Assembly (NCBI GenBank): GCA_963662625.1
Contig: OY759726.1
Coordinates: forward strand, 352,001 to 416,000
Source: Nitrosopumilus sp.
GTDB taxonomy: Archaea; Thermoproteota; Nitrososphaeria; Nitrososphaerales; Nitrosopumilaceae
Length of the DNA stretch: 64,000 bases
Reading direction: 5' to 3'
In this document: piece after piece, positions 47,792 through 58,272 of the stretch
How positions within the stretch are numbered: the stretch's first letter is position 1
Layout: each line of letters begins with the position of its first letter
Program-made: the position numbers and the translations under genes
Notes under the pieces: model-generated
Told to the model about the DNA's origin: nothing
The model's input: only the letters and a program-made list of their open reading frames with translations
Database searches by the model: none

Positions 47792-49188
47792 TTACTGCAG
47801 ATAGCTAGGAATCTTTTTTATAATGTATGAAAGTGATATTTTTCCAGGACCGCTAACAATTACAAACAAACATGCAGATACCTGGAATAAATTCAGCTAG
47901 AGTGACGCTCATAAATAATTTCCTCCCTGAGAGGGGGCACTGCAGAAAAGCCTGTTGATCACCGGATCGCCGAACCATCAATGGACGAGACCGACAGGAA
48001 ACTACGGGACCTGACGGAGGCCATGCGCGCAGAGAGGGACGCCAGGATCCGCAACAGGATGATGGCAGTGCGCGGGGTGCCCGGCGGATACTCCACGAGG
48101 GACGCCGCGTACTTCGTAGACGTAGAACAGCGCACCGTCCGCCTGTGGGTGGAACGATCCGGCGCCGGCGGCGCCGGTGGCCTCCGGGACATTCCCGGCA
48201 GGGGAAGGAACCCGCGCATCCGGTACGGCCTCATGGGCAGGCTTGCCGGCAGGCTCGGCCGCATGGGCATGCTCACGCCGGGGAGGCCCCGCAACAGGGT
48301 GCGCCGGAAGCCCGGGCGCGCGCACGGCCCGTGCGGCGTGCGCAGGATCATGAGGGAACTGGGGTTCTCCCCCAAGAGGTCCACCACCAAATATGCAGCT
48401 GCCGCAGGCGACGACGCGGTGCGGCGGTGGCAGGCCGACGCCGCAGGCGCGATTCTGCGCGCAAGGAGGCGCAAGACGGTGACAGTCGTGCAGGACGGGC
48501 CCGTCTTCGCCAGGATGGGCACCAACGGCAGGAGGCTGTGGTCCCGCGTCGGGGAGGGGGTCGCCGCCGGCAGGTCCGGCAGGAGGGACAGGGTAGTCGC
48601 GTGCGGCTCCCTCGCGGCCGACGGGACGGGGCCGGTGCGGCCGTGCGGCAGGTCCGGCGGGGACACCTTCCTGGCGTACCTCAAGGAGATCCGGCGCAAG
48701 TGGGGGCGCGCGCTGGTGATAATGGACAACGCGGGGCAGCACAGGACGGCGGACGCGGGGGAATACCTGCGGGACCACCGAGAGATCGAGGCACTGTACC
48801 TTCCCACCGCCACGCCGAAGCCCGGCGCGGCGGGGGCCGTGTGGAAGGAGGCAAAGTACAGGCTGGCCACGTCCAGGCACTACGAGACGCTGGACGGCTT
48901 GAGGCGCTCAGTCTCGGAGTATTTCAGGACGTGCCCGATCAGGGTGGACACCTGCAAGTTCCTGTACCGTTCCATATGAGGGGAAATTTTCAATAATCGT
49001 CACTATAGTGCAATTGGTATTTGCATCTCTACAGGTATTCCCATACTTGATATCCAGTTACCAAATCCTGGATTACCAAACTTTCCTACTCCGTGAGCTA
49101 TAAAGATTACTCCAATGACTGATCGCAGTCCCATATTTACAATATCGTCAAATTTGGATATTGAAAATCCCGTATTTTCTTCAATGGT
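47792..49188 (-). pseudogene. DoxX-family membrane protein gene split by IS630 copy B, with internal deletion and lost start
   Basis: GLRSVIGVIFIAHGVGKF...MQIPIAL / AEFIPGI resumes across the IS; ..VIVSGPGKISLSYIIKKIPSYLQ* in a shifted frame. Confidence 0.8.
47900..49005 (+). mobile_element. IS630-family element copy B; ORF 47981-48979 open but probably inactive
   Basis: TA TSD at 47898-47899 and 49006-49007 (CTAG target); MDNAGQH kept, but QDG for QDE and PKPGAAG for PxLxxxE. Confidence 0.92.
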
Positions 49189-49257
49189 ACGGAAAGTCGG
49201 TCCGCGCCGGATCAAGAGGACGGTAGCCGACTATTTTAGGCTGTACCGGTCACGGAA

Positions 49258-50726
49258 GTATGAGGTCACGTATGCTGACCCTTTAATCAACAAGGCGCGA
49301 TCCTGCTGATCCTTATTGCAGGAGGTGCCAGTACGTGCGTGGCAAGGTGCAGAACGACCAGGCAGCCGGGGGGCCTGCTGGCACGGGCGCTTGACGATAT
49401 CGACTCACTCAAGTCAAAATACATGGAGGCGGTGGCAGATAACAAGAGGCTCCAGGCCCGCCTCGCGTACTACGAGAACGCCCATTCCCCGCCGTCGGCC
49501 AAGTCGCTGGAATGGAAGGAGGCCAGGCGGGCGAGGAGGAAGGCCCGGAAGGCGGCGCCGGAGGGGGGCGACGGCGCCCCCGCGAGGAGGCCCGGCGGGC
49601 AGCCGGGGCACCGCGGGGCGTCCCGCAGGCACGCGCCGGGGCGCACGGCGCGCCACGGGTCCGATGGGGGCGTCCCGCCAGAATGCGGCCGGTGCGGCCG
49701 CGGGACCGTGCCGGGCAGGCCCGCCGCGCGGGACATCCCGGACTTCGAGGTGGTGGTGACGGAGACGCGGCATGCCGTCCAGACCGCCGTGTGCCCCAAG
49801 TGCGGCAGGGGGCACGTGGCGCCAAGCGGCCTCCCGGCGCGCGGGAGCTACGGCAAGAACACGGTGGCCGCGCTGCGCCACGCGGCCGTCCCGTTCGGGA
49901 AGATAGCGGGTGCCGTGCGGGAGATCACCGGGGTGAGGATCGCGAAACCTGCAGCCATAAACGTGACGGGGCGCACCCGCGACGCGATGCGCGGGCCGTT
50001 CCGGGACATCGTGGGCCGCGCCAGGAGGTCCAAGAATGCCGGGGCCGACGAGACGCGCGCCATCCTGGCGGGAGAGGACGGGTGGGCGCGGGTCATCCAG
50101 TCAGGCAGGGACGCCGTGATCGTGCACGGCCGGAGCAGGGGGCCGCGGGTGCCAGGCAGGCACGCGGGCGGGTACCGCGGGATCGTCACGTCCGACAGGC
50201 CCTCCGCGTACGGGAGGTCCGGCCCGGGCGGGCGCCACCGGCCGTGCCGGCCCCGCGGGCTGCGGGAGCTGCGGCACGCGGCGGAGAGGAAGGGGACGAC
50301 GCCGCGCGCCGGGGTGCCGCGCCGGCAGGTGTCAGGCGCGTACGCCGGGGCGCTGGCGGCCGCCGCCCCGGGCAGGCACCCGGCGCGCCTGCGCCGCGCC
50401 TCCGGGTCTGGGATGCGCAGGCTGCTGTTCGGGCACGGGGACGCCGGGGGCACCGCGCTTGCCCCACTGGTGGGCAGGCTGCAGGCGCCGCTGCCCCACC
50501 TGTTCACGTTCCCGGGGCACAGGGGGGCGGGGCCCACGAACAACGCCCCCGGGCGCGGCCTGCGGCATGTGGTGGTGTCCCGAAAGATAAGCGGCCAGAC
50601 CAGGGGCGGGAAGCCCTGGAGGGACAGGTGGTCCTACTTCATGACGTGCATGATCACGTGGGAGAGGCACGGGAAATCCCTGTCAGGCGAGGTATCCAAG
50701 ATAGTGTAGGGGTGGTGACCTCATAC
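49258..50726 (+). mobile_element. IS66-family element; stop-free but degenerate transposase 49339-50709
   Basis: Perfect 12-bp TIR GTATGAGGTCAC; NAHSPPS, GGQPGH, CPKCG, ADET, TSD, PTNNAPGR (for TNNxAER), RKISG; no TSD. Confidence 0.9.
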
Positions 50727-50781
50727 AACTAGTACTTTAATAAAGTTTAATATATTGAGCTTTGATCTAACCGATAGTCAG

Positions 50782-52896
50782 ATGAATTCAGTTAAACAGA
50801 TTTTTAGCGAAACCATCAAAACCGATCACAAAGTAATTACGGAGGAGGCAGCAAAGTCCATTCTCAAGGCCTACGGGGTGAAAGTCCCGCCGTACGCGCT
50901 CGTGACGTCCGCCGGGGACGCCGCGAAGCAGGCAAAGAGGATAGGGTTCCCGCTGGTAATGAAGGTGGTCTCGCCGCAGATCCTCCACAAGACGGACGTC
51001 GGCGGCGTCAAGGTAGGCATCGAGAGCGTGGACGACGTCAGGAGGACGTTCAAGGACATGCATGGCAGGCTATCGAAAAAAGGGGCCGACGTGAAGGGGA
51101 TACTCCTCGAGAAGATGGTTCCAAAGGGCGTCGAGCTGATCGTCGGGATCCAAAACGATCCGCAGTTTGGCCCGGTCATCATGGTCGGGCTGGGCGGGAT
51201 CATGACCGAGGTGATGAAGGACGTCGCGTTCAGGATGCTGCCCATTACGGCCGCGGACGCAAAGTCGATGCTGGGCGAGCTGAAGGGATCCAAGGTCCTG
51301 GAGGGATTCCGCGGGAGCAAGCCCGTGGACACCGACATGGTGGCAAAAATGCTGGTCCAGATCGGGAAGCTGGGAGTGGAGAATGCCGACTATATCAACA
51401 GCGTCGACTTTAACCCGGTAGTGGTGTACCCAAAATCCCACTTTGTGGTGGACGCAAAGATAATCCTTAACGACGGGGTGAGGAAGAACTCCGTCACCAG
51501 AACAAAGCCTAACAAGGAGTTCATGGAGGAGTTCTTCACGCCAAAGTCCGTGGCGCTGGTGGGCGCGTCTTCCACCCCCGGGAAGATAGGCAACTCCATA
51601 CTGGACAGCCTCGTGAATTACGACTACAAGGGAAAGGTATACCCGATAAACCCCAAGGCCGACAAGATATTTGGCAAAAAATGCTACCCCTCGGTCGCGG
51701 CGATACCGGGCAAGGTGGACCTGGTGGTGGTCTCCGTGGACTTGTCGGTGACGGCCCCCGTCTTGGAGGACTGCGCGAAGAAGGGCGTGCACAGCGTGGT
51801 AATCGTCTCAGGCGGCGGAAAGGAGCTGGGCGGCGAGAGGGCCGAATACGAGGCCGAGATAAAGAGGATCTCCGAAAAGCACAAGATAAGGATCATCGGC
51901 CCGAACTGCATCGGGATGTTCAACGCGTCAAACAGGCTGGACTGCGCGTTCCAGGGGCAGGAGAGGATGGTTCGCGCCAGGCTGGGCCCGGTCGCGCTGC
52001 TGTCACAGAGCGGGACCATGGGGATCAGCTTCCTGGAAACTGCCGACTCGTTTGGCCTCTCCAAGATGGTCAGTTACGGGAACCGCTCCGACGTGGACGA
52101 GGCTGACATGATCTGGTACCTTGCAAGCGATCCACAGACCAAGGTGATCGCGCTGTACGTGGAGGGGTTCGGCGACGGCAGGAAATTCGTCAACACCGCC
52201 AAAAGGGTGATGAGGGAGAAGAAAAAGCCCGTGATCATATGGAAGAGCGGCAGGACGGAACTCGGGGCAAAGCAGGCGGCGTCCCACACTGGCTCGCTGG
52301 GGGGCTCGAACGCCATAATCATGGGGGCGTTCAAGCAGGCCGGAATCATCTCGGTGGACAGCTACCAGGAGCTTGCGGCAGTCGCAAAGGCGCTGGCGTG
52401 GCAGCCCGCATCCAGGGGGAACAGGGCCGCGATGTGCAGCAACGGGGCAGGGCCCATGATCGGCGGGATTGACCACTTTGGGAGGCTGGGCCTGCGGCTC
52501 GCGAGGGTCACTCCAAAATCCCGCAAGAAGATGAAGGACCACTTCCCGCCGACGTACGTCATCGGCAACGGAAACCCGGCCGACGTCACGGGCGGCGCCA
52601 ACGCCGACGACTACAGGTTCGTGATTCAGACGTTCATGGACGACCCGAACGTGGACATCGTGATGCCGTGGTTCGTGTTCCAAGACGATCCGCTCGAGGA
52701 GACCATAATCGATCACCTGGCGGCGTTTTCAAAGAAGGGGAAGAAGCCCCTGCTGGTGGGCGGAAACGGCGGCCCGTACACCCAGAAGATCTCCAAGCTC
52801 ATCGAGGAGAAGGGTGTCCCGGTGTACGACGACCTCAGGGACTGGGTCGCGGCGGCATCTGCGCTTTCCCAATGGGGAAAGATCTCCAAGAAATAG
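50782..52896 (+). CDS. 3-hydroxypropionate--CoA ligase (ADP-forming), 3HP/4HB cycle
   Basis: ATP-grasp N-terminus (HKTDVGGV), CoA-binding (VGAS, GPNCIG), SHTGSL; adjacent crotonase as in Nitrosopumilus. Confidence 0.85.
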   Translation: MNSVKQIFSETIKTDHKVITEEAAKSILKAYGVKVPPYALVTSAGDAAKQAKRIGFPLVMKVVSPQILHKTDVGGVKVGIESVDDVRRTFKDMHGRLSKKGADVKGILLEKMVPKGVELIVGIQNDPQFGPVIMVGLGGIMTEVMKDVAFRMLPITAADAKSMLGELKGSKVLEGFRGSKPVDTDMVAKMLVQIGKLGVENADYINSVDFNPVVVYPKSHFVVDAKIILNDGVRKNSVTRTKPNKEFMEEFFTPKSVALVGASSTPGKIGNSILDSLVNYDYKGKVYPINPKADKIFGKKCYPSVAAIPGKVDLVVVSVDLSVTAPVLEDCAKKGVHSVVIVSGGGKELGGERAEYEAEIKRISEKHKIRIIGPNCIGMFNASNRLDCAFQGQERMVRARLGPVALLSQSGTMGISFLETADSFGLSKMVSYGNRSDVDEADMIWYLASDPQTKVIALYVEGFGDGRKFVNTAKRVMREKKKPVIIWKSGRTELGAKQAASHTGSLGGSNAIIMGAFKQAGIISVDSYQELAAVAKALAWQPASRGNRAAMCSNGAGPMIGGIDHFGRLGLRLARVTPKSRKKMKDHFPPTYVIGNGNPADVTGGANADDYRFVIQTFMDDPNVDIVMPWFVFQDDPLEETIIDHLAAFSKKGKKPLLVGGNGGPYTQKISKLIEEKGVPVYDDLRDWVAAASALSQWGKISKK

Positions 52897-52932
52897 ACAA
52901 CATTTAAGTCCGGCAGGGCAGCCTGTAAGCAC

Positions 52933-53694
52933 ATGTCAATGGTCACCAAGTCCATCTCCGACGGCATATGCACGGTGGAGATCAACAGGCCCAACAAGCT
53001 CAACGCAATGAATGCCGACATCGCAAAAGAGATAATATCGACCTTCGAGGTGCTGGAGCACGACGATGACGTCAAGGTCATAATCCTTACCGGGAAGGGC
53101 GACAAGGCCTTTTCCGCGGGTGCCGACATCAAGTACATGTCAAAGATAACCCCCGACGAGTCGGTCGAATACGCAAAGCTGGGCCAGCTCATGACTTCCA
53201 CCGTGGAGCTGGCAAGGCAGCCCACGATTGCGGCCATCAACGGGTTTGCGCTCGGCGGCGGGTGCGAACTCGCGATGTCGTGCGACATCAGGATAGCGGC
53301 AGACACTGCCAAGATGGGCCAGCCGGAAGTCACGATCGGCATACCCCCGGGATGGGGCGGGACCCAGCGCCTGATGAGGATCGTCGGGATAGCAAAGGCG
53401 AAGGAACTGGTATACACCGGAAGGCTGGTCGACGCGGCCGAGGCAAAGGAGATCGGCCTCGTAAACCAGGTCGTCCCCCTCGCGTCACTGCAGGAAGAGG
53501 CGCAGAAGATTGCGCAGAAGATTGCCGGGAACTCCGAGATAGGGGTCCAGATGTCCAAGGTCACCATCAACAAGGGCAGGAACGCGGATCTCGACACGGG
53601 GCTCGCGGTGGAGATCCTGGCATGGAGGAACTGCTTCACGCACCCTGACAGGGAAGAAAGAATGACCGATTTCGTGAACAGGTCTTCAAAATAG
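52933..53694 (+). CDS. Enoyl-CoA hydratase (3-hydroxypropionyl-CoA dehydratase/crotonyl-CoA hydratase)
   Basis: [33 protein letters not shown]. Confidence 0.92.
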   Translation: MSMVTKSISDGICTVEINRPNKLNAMNADIAKEIISTFEVLEHDDDVKVIILTGKGDKAFSAGADIKYMSKITPDESVEYAKLGQLMTSTVELARQPTIAAINGFALGGGCELAMSCDIRIAADTAKMGQPEVTIGIPPGWGGTQRLMRIVGIAKAKELVYTGRLVDAAEAKEIGLVNQVVPLASLQEEAQKIAQKIAGNSEIGVQMSKVTINKGRNADLDTGLAVEILAWRNCFTHPDREERMTDFVNRSSK

Positions 53695-53799
53695 GAAGCC
53701 CAACCGCTTATTTTATTGGAATGCCGCGGGCGGAAGCCGGATCCCCGCGCGGCGGGGGGGCAGATAAAGCTTTAATTGTGCGAATTCAGGCCAAAACCT

Positions 53800-54114
53800 A
53801 TGGTAGAATTTATGCCGATTTCGCAAGTAAAAAAAATGCGCAGCGGAATCAACACAAAAGCCAGTGTAAAAAGCAAGGGAGATCCAAGGACAGTGAACCT
53901 GAGAAGCGGCGGAACCATTGATGTTTGTGACGCGGTCATTGCAGACGGCGACACTGAAGAGGATCAAATGAAACTGGCGCTTTGGGGAGACGACATCAAC
54001 GAGGTGAATGTGGGCGACGTGGTGGTGATTACCAACGGCTACACAAACGAGTTCAGGGGAGAGGTTTCCCTCACGAAAGGCAAGTTTGGTCAGATGACGG
54101 TCAATCCAGAATAG
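53800..54114 (+). CDS. Single OB-fold ssDNA-binding protein
   Basis: LALWG, VGDVVVITNGY..EFRGEVSL..GKFG; start uncertain. Confidence 0.85.
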   Translation: MVEFMPISQVKKMRSGINTKASVKSKGDPRTVNLRSGGTIDVCDAVIADGDTEEDQMKLALWGDDINEVNVGDVVVITNGYTNEFRGEVSLTKGKFGQMTVNPE

Positions 54115-54139
54115 GGCTCGGGCCGGTCTGATTTTATTT

Positions 54140-55351
54140 TCAAGCTCTTTTTGTTTTCTTTGATGGCTTAGTTTTCTTCGCGGGCCTGGTTTTTGGCGCC
54201 GCGCTCTTCGCGGGCCTGCCCGGTTTAGCCTTGGGGGCCGCGCGCTTCGCGGGCCTGGTTTTTGGCGCCGCGCTCTTCGCGGGCCTGCCCGGTTTAGCCT
54301 TGGGGGCCGCGCGCTTCGCGGGCCTGGTTTTTGGCGCCGCGCTCTTCGCGGGCCTGCCCGGTTTAGCCTTGGGGGCCGCGCGCTTCGCGGGCCTGGTTTT
54401 TGGCGCCGCGCTCTTCGCGGGCTTCCTTGCAGGTTTCCTTGCGGGCTTTGCGGCCCTCTTCGCGGGCTTCCTTGCGGGCTTTGCTTTGGTGGCCGCGCTC
54501 TTCGCGGGCTTCCTTGCAGGTTTCCTTGCGGGCTTTGCGGCCCTCTTCGCGGGCTTCCTTGCGGGCTTTGCTTTGGTGGCCGCGCTCTTCGCGGGCTTCC
54601 TTGCAGGTTTCCTTGCGGGCTTTGCGGCCCTCTTCGCGGGCTTCCTTGCCGCCGTCCTCTTGGCGGCGGCCAATTCCGCCATCCTGGCCGCCTTCCTTGC
54701 GGCGGCCTTTCTTTTCTTGGCCAGGAATTCCCTGAATTGGGAATTGGCCGCGTCGAACCGCTCCGCGGCGGATTTTTCCAGCACCTCGGTCTGCTCTAGT
54801 TCCTTGGCAAAGCTTGCGATGGATTTCTTGCTGGAGGCCACTAGGCCGGACAGGGCGGGCTTGAGCTTTGACTGTTTCTGGATGTTGGTGCCGATGTGCG
54901 ACTTTAGCGCGGAATATTTTGAGATTTCCTTGGAGATTTTCTTGGCCGTGGCCTTCCTGGAACGGATCTCCGACTCCAGTTCCCCGATGCGCTCGTTGAT
55001 GAGCCGCCGCCTGGACTCTGCCTGTTCCGTCTCGACTGGGCCGTCGGCGAACTCGACCTCCTGCTCGGCTTGGGAGGCGGCGTCTTTTTCCCTGGCCAGG
55101 CGCTCCTGCGCGCCCGCGATCAGGCGGCCGATGCTTTCCGACTGGGAGATCCTCTGCTGCAGGTCGGCGGAGACCCCTTCCACTGACTCCCTTGCGGACT
55201 CGATCTTCCTTGCGATGGAATCCAGTCGCGTCTCGGAGCGCCTTTGATCTGACCTTGCCTGCTTGAGCTGCAGTTCTATTTTTTTCCGCAGCGCCGTGGC
55301 CTCGTTTTTTTTCTGTCTCAGGCCGGAGACCGTGTTTTCTAGCGATGACAC
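54140..55351 (-). CDS. Coiled-coil protein with histone-H1-like Pro/Ala/Lys/Arg repeat tail
   Basis: Long heptad region followed by PAKRAAKPARK.. repeats. Confidence 0.8.
   Translation of the reverse strand: MSSLENTVSGLRQKKNEATALRKKIELQLKQARSDQRRSETRLDSIARKIESARESVEGVSADLQQRISQSESIGRLIAGAQERLAREKDAASQAEQEVEFADGPVETEQAESRRRLINERIGELESEIRSRKATAKKISKEISKYSALKSHIGTNIQKQSKLKPALSGLVASSKKSIASFAKELEQTEVLEKSAAERFDAANSQFREFLAKKRKAAARKAARMAELAAAKRTAARKPAKRAAKPARKPARKPAKSAATKAKPARKPAKRAAKPARKPARKPAKSAATKAKPARKPAKRAAKPARKPARKPAKSAAPKTRPAKRAAPKAKPGRPAKSAAPKTRPAKRAAPKAKPGRPAKSAAPKTRPAKRAAPKAKPGRPAKSAAPKTRPAKKTKPSKKTKRA
54172..54650 (-). repeat. Coding tandem repeats: 69-bp x3 and 87-bp x2 plus partial units
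   Basis: PAKSAAPKTRPAKRAAPKAKPGR and PAKRAAKPARKPARKPAKSAATKAKPARK. Confidence 0.92.
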
Positions 55352-55512
55352 AACTAAAACACGCCCTGCGAGTCGGTTAAATTGTTAAGATGACCATGAT
55401 TTGACTTACCGGTTAACAAAATTAACTTCATTTGAAGGCATTCCGGCCCACGGCACGGCCGCCGCGCCGTGCACAAGGTCTATAAAAAACGCGCCCCGGC
55501 GGAAATGGTAGA

Positions 55513-55824
55513 ATGGACTTCCATCCCAGGGATCTGCCGGTCTCGAAGACGTATGATCTCAGGGACGAGAAGGACGCGTACGACGCCGTAAGCGACATGG
55601 TCGCGGCCGGTTTCAGGGGCAGAAGGGACGGCTTCAGGGTGCTGATGCCAAAGGAGCCCAAGCTGGCAAAAAGGATAGGGTACGCCGTTACGACCGGCGT
55701 GACTGCCGGGCTCCGCAAAAAAAACGAGATCAGGGACGTGAGGTACTGGACGTACCACCACGACCAGGATCATTACGCGATCGTCCTGATCAGCAGCGGG
55801 GCGCTGGAGGGCCTAGGGCACTGA
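55513..55824 (+). CDS. Hypothetical protein
   Basis: 103-aa ORF, TATAAAA upstream, host codon use. Confidence 0.72.
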   Translation: MDFHPRDLPVSKTYDLRDEKDAYDAVSDMVAAGFRGRRDGFRVLMPKEPKLAKRIGYAVTTGVTAGLRKKNEIRDVRYWTYHHDQDHYAIVLISSGALEGLGH

Positions 55825-56481
55825 CCTGCCAAAGAACTTGTATAGCTTGGTCCGCTTGGCCAGGACGCCCGACAGCATCATGCCCAGGACGAGCCCCCCC
55901 AGGATGTCCATAGGGTAGTGCTCCAAGACGTACACCCTGCTGACGGACACTAGCGCCGGGTACAGGAACATCAGGTAGGCCCCGCGGGGGAACCGCTCGG
56001 ACAGCGCGTATCCCAGTATTATCGCGAATATCATGGTGCGGGCTGCATGCCCGGACGGGTATGAGGCGGCGTACCCACCCTCGCAGAACAGCGCAAACGT
56101 GTCCCGGCTGAGCTCCACGGGGAACGGCACCCCCTCGTACTCCAGTGGTGGCATGGCCCTGTCGACCCCGCATTTGACGTACCCGGTAAGCAGGGTGGAC
56201 AGCACGATCAGTATCATCAGGGTGATGCCGATCCTCCTGGTTTTTTTTATTGCCAGCACCAGTATGCCGAACCCGAGCATGTAGAACGAGTCGCCGCTCT
56301 CGGTGACGTACTGCATCACGAGATCCACCACGGGGTCCCCGGCGGCCTCATGCGCAATCTCCACGGCCCCACGGTCAAGGCTCTCGGTGGCGCCGGAGTA
56401 CACGAGGGCCGTCACTGCAAGGAACGCGGCGGCGGACAGGACGAACGGGCGCGACCTTATGTCAAAAATCCAGCTTTGCAA
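55813..56481 (-). CDS. PAP2-family membrane phosphatase
   Basis: KxxxxRxxP, SYPSGH, SRVYVLEHYPMD. Confidence 0.9.
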   Translation of the reverse strand: MQSWIFDIRSRPFVLSAAAFLAVTALVYSGATESLDRGAVEIAHEAAGDPVVDLVMQYVTESGDSFYMLGFGILVLAIKKTRRIGITLMILIVLSTLLTGYVKCGVDRAMPPLEYEGVPFPVELSRDTFALFCEGGYAASYPSGHAARTMIFAIILGYALSERFPRGAYLMFLYPALVSVSRVYVLEHYPMDILGGLVLGMMLSGVLAKRTKLYKFFGRSVP

Positions 56482-56722
56482 CTAATTCAACCCCGGGCAT
56501 GCCGTTTTTAATTTTTCTCAGGCCCCGTGGCGCTCCGCCCCGCCGCGCCCGGAGTTGGCATGCCTGCGCGGGGCGGCATAGGGCGCGGATCGGCGCCCCC
56601 AGGTCCCGGCCGCCTGCTGGATCCCCGCGGGCGGGCCCGGCGGCGGCCCGGGGGACGCGGCCCCCGGCGTGGCGCGCGGGCGCCGGCTCAAAGCATTTAA
56701 CCGGGGCAGGGATAGGAAACCC

Positions 56723-57928
56723 GTGAAGGTTCTCACGCTGGATGATTTTGATCTGAAAGGCAAGACCGTCTTTTTGCGCGTCGACATGAACTGCCCGATA
56801 GATCCCGAAAGCATGGAGATTTCGGGGACCAAGAGGATAGAAGAGGCCACGGAGACCATAAGGGACCTCGGGGAGTCCAAGCTGGTCGTGGCCACGCACC
56901 AAGGCAGGGTGGGGAACAAGGACTACACCGGGATGGACAAGCACGCAAGGGTGCTGGAGGAGTTCCTCGGCAGGGACATCAAGTACGTCGAAGACGTGAT
57001 CGGGGCCGCCGCGCAGCACGAGATAAAGAACCTGAAGGACGGGGAGATACTGCTTCTGGACAACCTGAGGCTGTGCGCCGAGGAGAATTACGAGTTCCGG
57101 CCATCGGAGGCGGCCAAAACCATCATGGTAAGCAGGCTGTCGAAGCACTTTGATCTCTGCGTCCTCGACTCGTTTCCGAGCGCCCACAGGTCCCACCCGT
57201 CCATAGTCGGGTTCCCGCAGGTCATGCCCGCGTGCGCGGGGAGGATCGCCGAGCGGGAGGTGAGGAACCTGGACGAGATAATAACCGTTGCAAAGGCGCC
57301 CCACGTCATCGTCCTGGGAGGCTCGAAGGTGCCCGACAGGCTGGAAGCCATAAGGCTGCTCATCCGGAACGGCCGCGCGGACCACATCCTGCTGACGGGC
57401 CTGATAGGCAACGTGTTCATGAGGGCGCAGGGCAGGATCAAGTCCCCGCTGGGGATAAAGCGGGAGGAGGAGGTGGTCGCAAAGGCCCACTCCCTGATCG
57501 GGGAGTACCCGGACGTCTTCTCGACCCCGGTGGACGTCGCGATCGACAAGGACGGCGAGAGGATGGAGATCGACGTCAGGGACCTGGCCAGGGGGGACAG
57601 GATCTACGATCTGGGCCCGAAGACGGTAAGCCACTACTCCAGGGAGATCGCGAGCGCCGGGACCGCGTTTATCAGCGGGCCGGCGGGGTTCTTCGAGATG
57701 GAGAACTTCAGCGCGGGGACGAAGGGGCTCCTGGAGGCCGTGGCAAACTCTATGGCCACCACGATAGTCAGCGGGGGCCACCTGACGTCCGCGCTGAAGA
57801 GGTACGGCCTGGCGGGGCAGATCAACCACATCAGCACCGCCGGCGGGGCTCTGGTCCTGTACCTGACGGGCCAGAAGCTGCCGATGGTGAAGGCGCTGGA
57901 GGACGCCGCCGGCAGGCACGGGGGCTAG
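56723..57928 (+). CDS. pgk: Phosphoglycerate kinase
   Basis: LRVDMNCP, THQGR, AHRSHPS, LGGSK, DLGPKT, HISTAGGA. Confidence 0.95.
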   Translation: MKVLTLDDFDLKGKTVFLRVDMNCPIDPESMEISGTKRIEEATETIRDLGESKLVVATHQGRVGNKDYTGMDKHARVLEEFLGRDIKYVEDVIGAAAQHEIKNLKDGEILLLDNLRLCAEENYEFRPSEAAKTIMVSRLSKHFDLCVLDSFPSAHRSHPSIVGFPQVMPACAGRIAEREVRNLDEIITVAKAPHVIVLGGSKVPDRLEAIRLLIRNGRADHILLTGLIGNVFMRAQGRIKSPLGIKREEEVVAKAHSLIGEYPDVFSTPVDVAIDKDGERMEIDVRDLARGDRIYDLGPKTVSHYSREIASAGTAFISGPAGFFEMENFSAGTKGLLEAVANSMATTIVSGGHLTSALKRYGLAGQINHISTAGGALVLYLTGQKLPMVKALEDAAGRHGG

Positions 57929-58272
57929 AGTTCCGCGCCGCACGACGGGTTGGGGCAGGCCCGCTCTTCCAGCCTTCCCAGAAACACGTCAAGGCCGCAC
58001 GCGCCGCAGCGGTGCCTCTCCACCGCGTCGAAGAGCTTCAACCACACGGTGGTGAAGTTCTGGGCTATGTTTCGGGCCATCCCCGAGTCGCAGAGCCCCG
58101 TTATGTACGGCTCGATGTCGTCCACTATCCACTCCGGATCCAGGTCCCCGTTGCGCTTGAGGACGTCGAAGATCTCGTCGTTTGTGAACTTCTTGTCTAC
58201 GTCGTTGTGCATGTCGAAAATTATCTTCCGGATCTGGAGGGGGACCGGTGTTTCCGGCACAAAGTCTGCCAT
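57925..58272 (-). CDS. Hypothetical protein with C-terminal Zn-ribbon
   Basis: CGAC...CPNPSC; coupled to sufU stop. Confidence 0.78.
   Translation of the reverse strand: MADFVPETPVPLQIRKIIFDMHNDVDKKFTNDEIFDVLKRNGDLDPEWIVDDIEPYITGLCDSGMARNIAQNFTTVWLKLFDAVERHRCGACGLDVFLGRLEERACPNPSCGAEL

Noticed and set aside
43662-49005. IS630 copies as DGR template/variable repeats
   Set aside because: Differences include both A>G and T>C on one strand across a whole transposase, not adenine-to-any changes; no reverse transcriptase in the window.
42312-49007. Composite transposon bounded by the two IS630 copies
   Set aside because: Each copy has its own reconstructable empty site (stop codon plus terminator; DoxX frame), so they are independent insertions.
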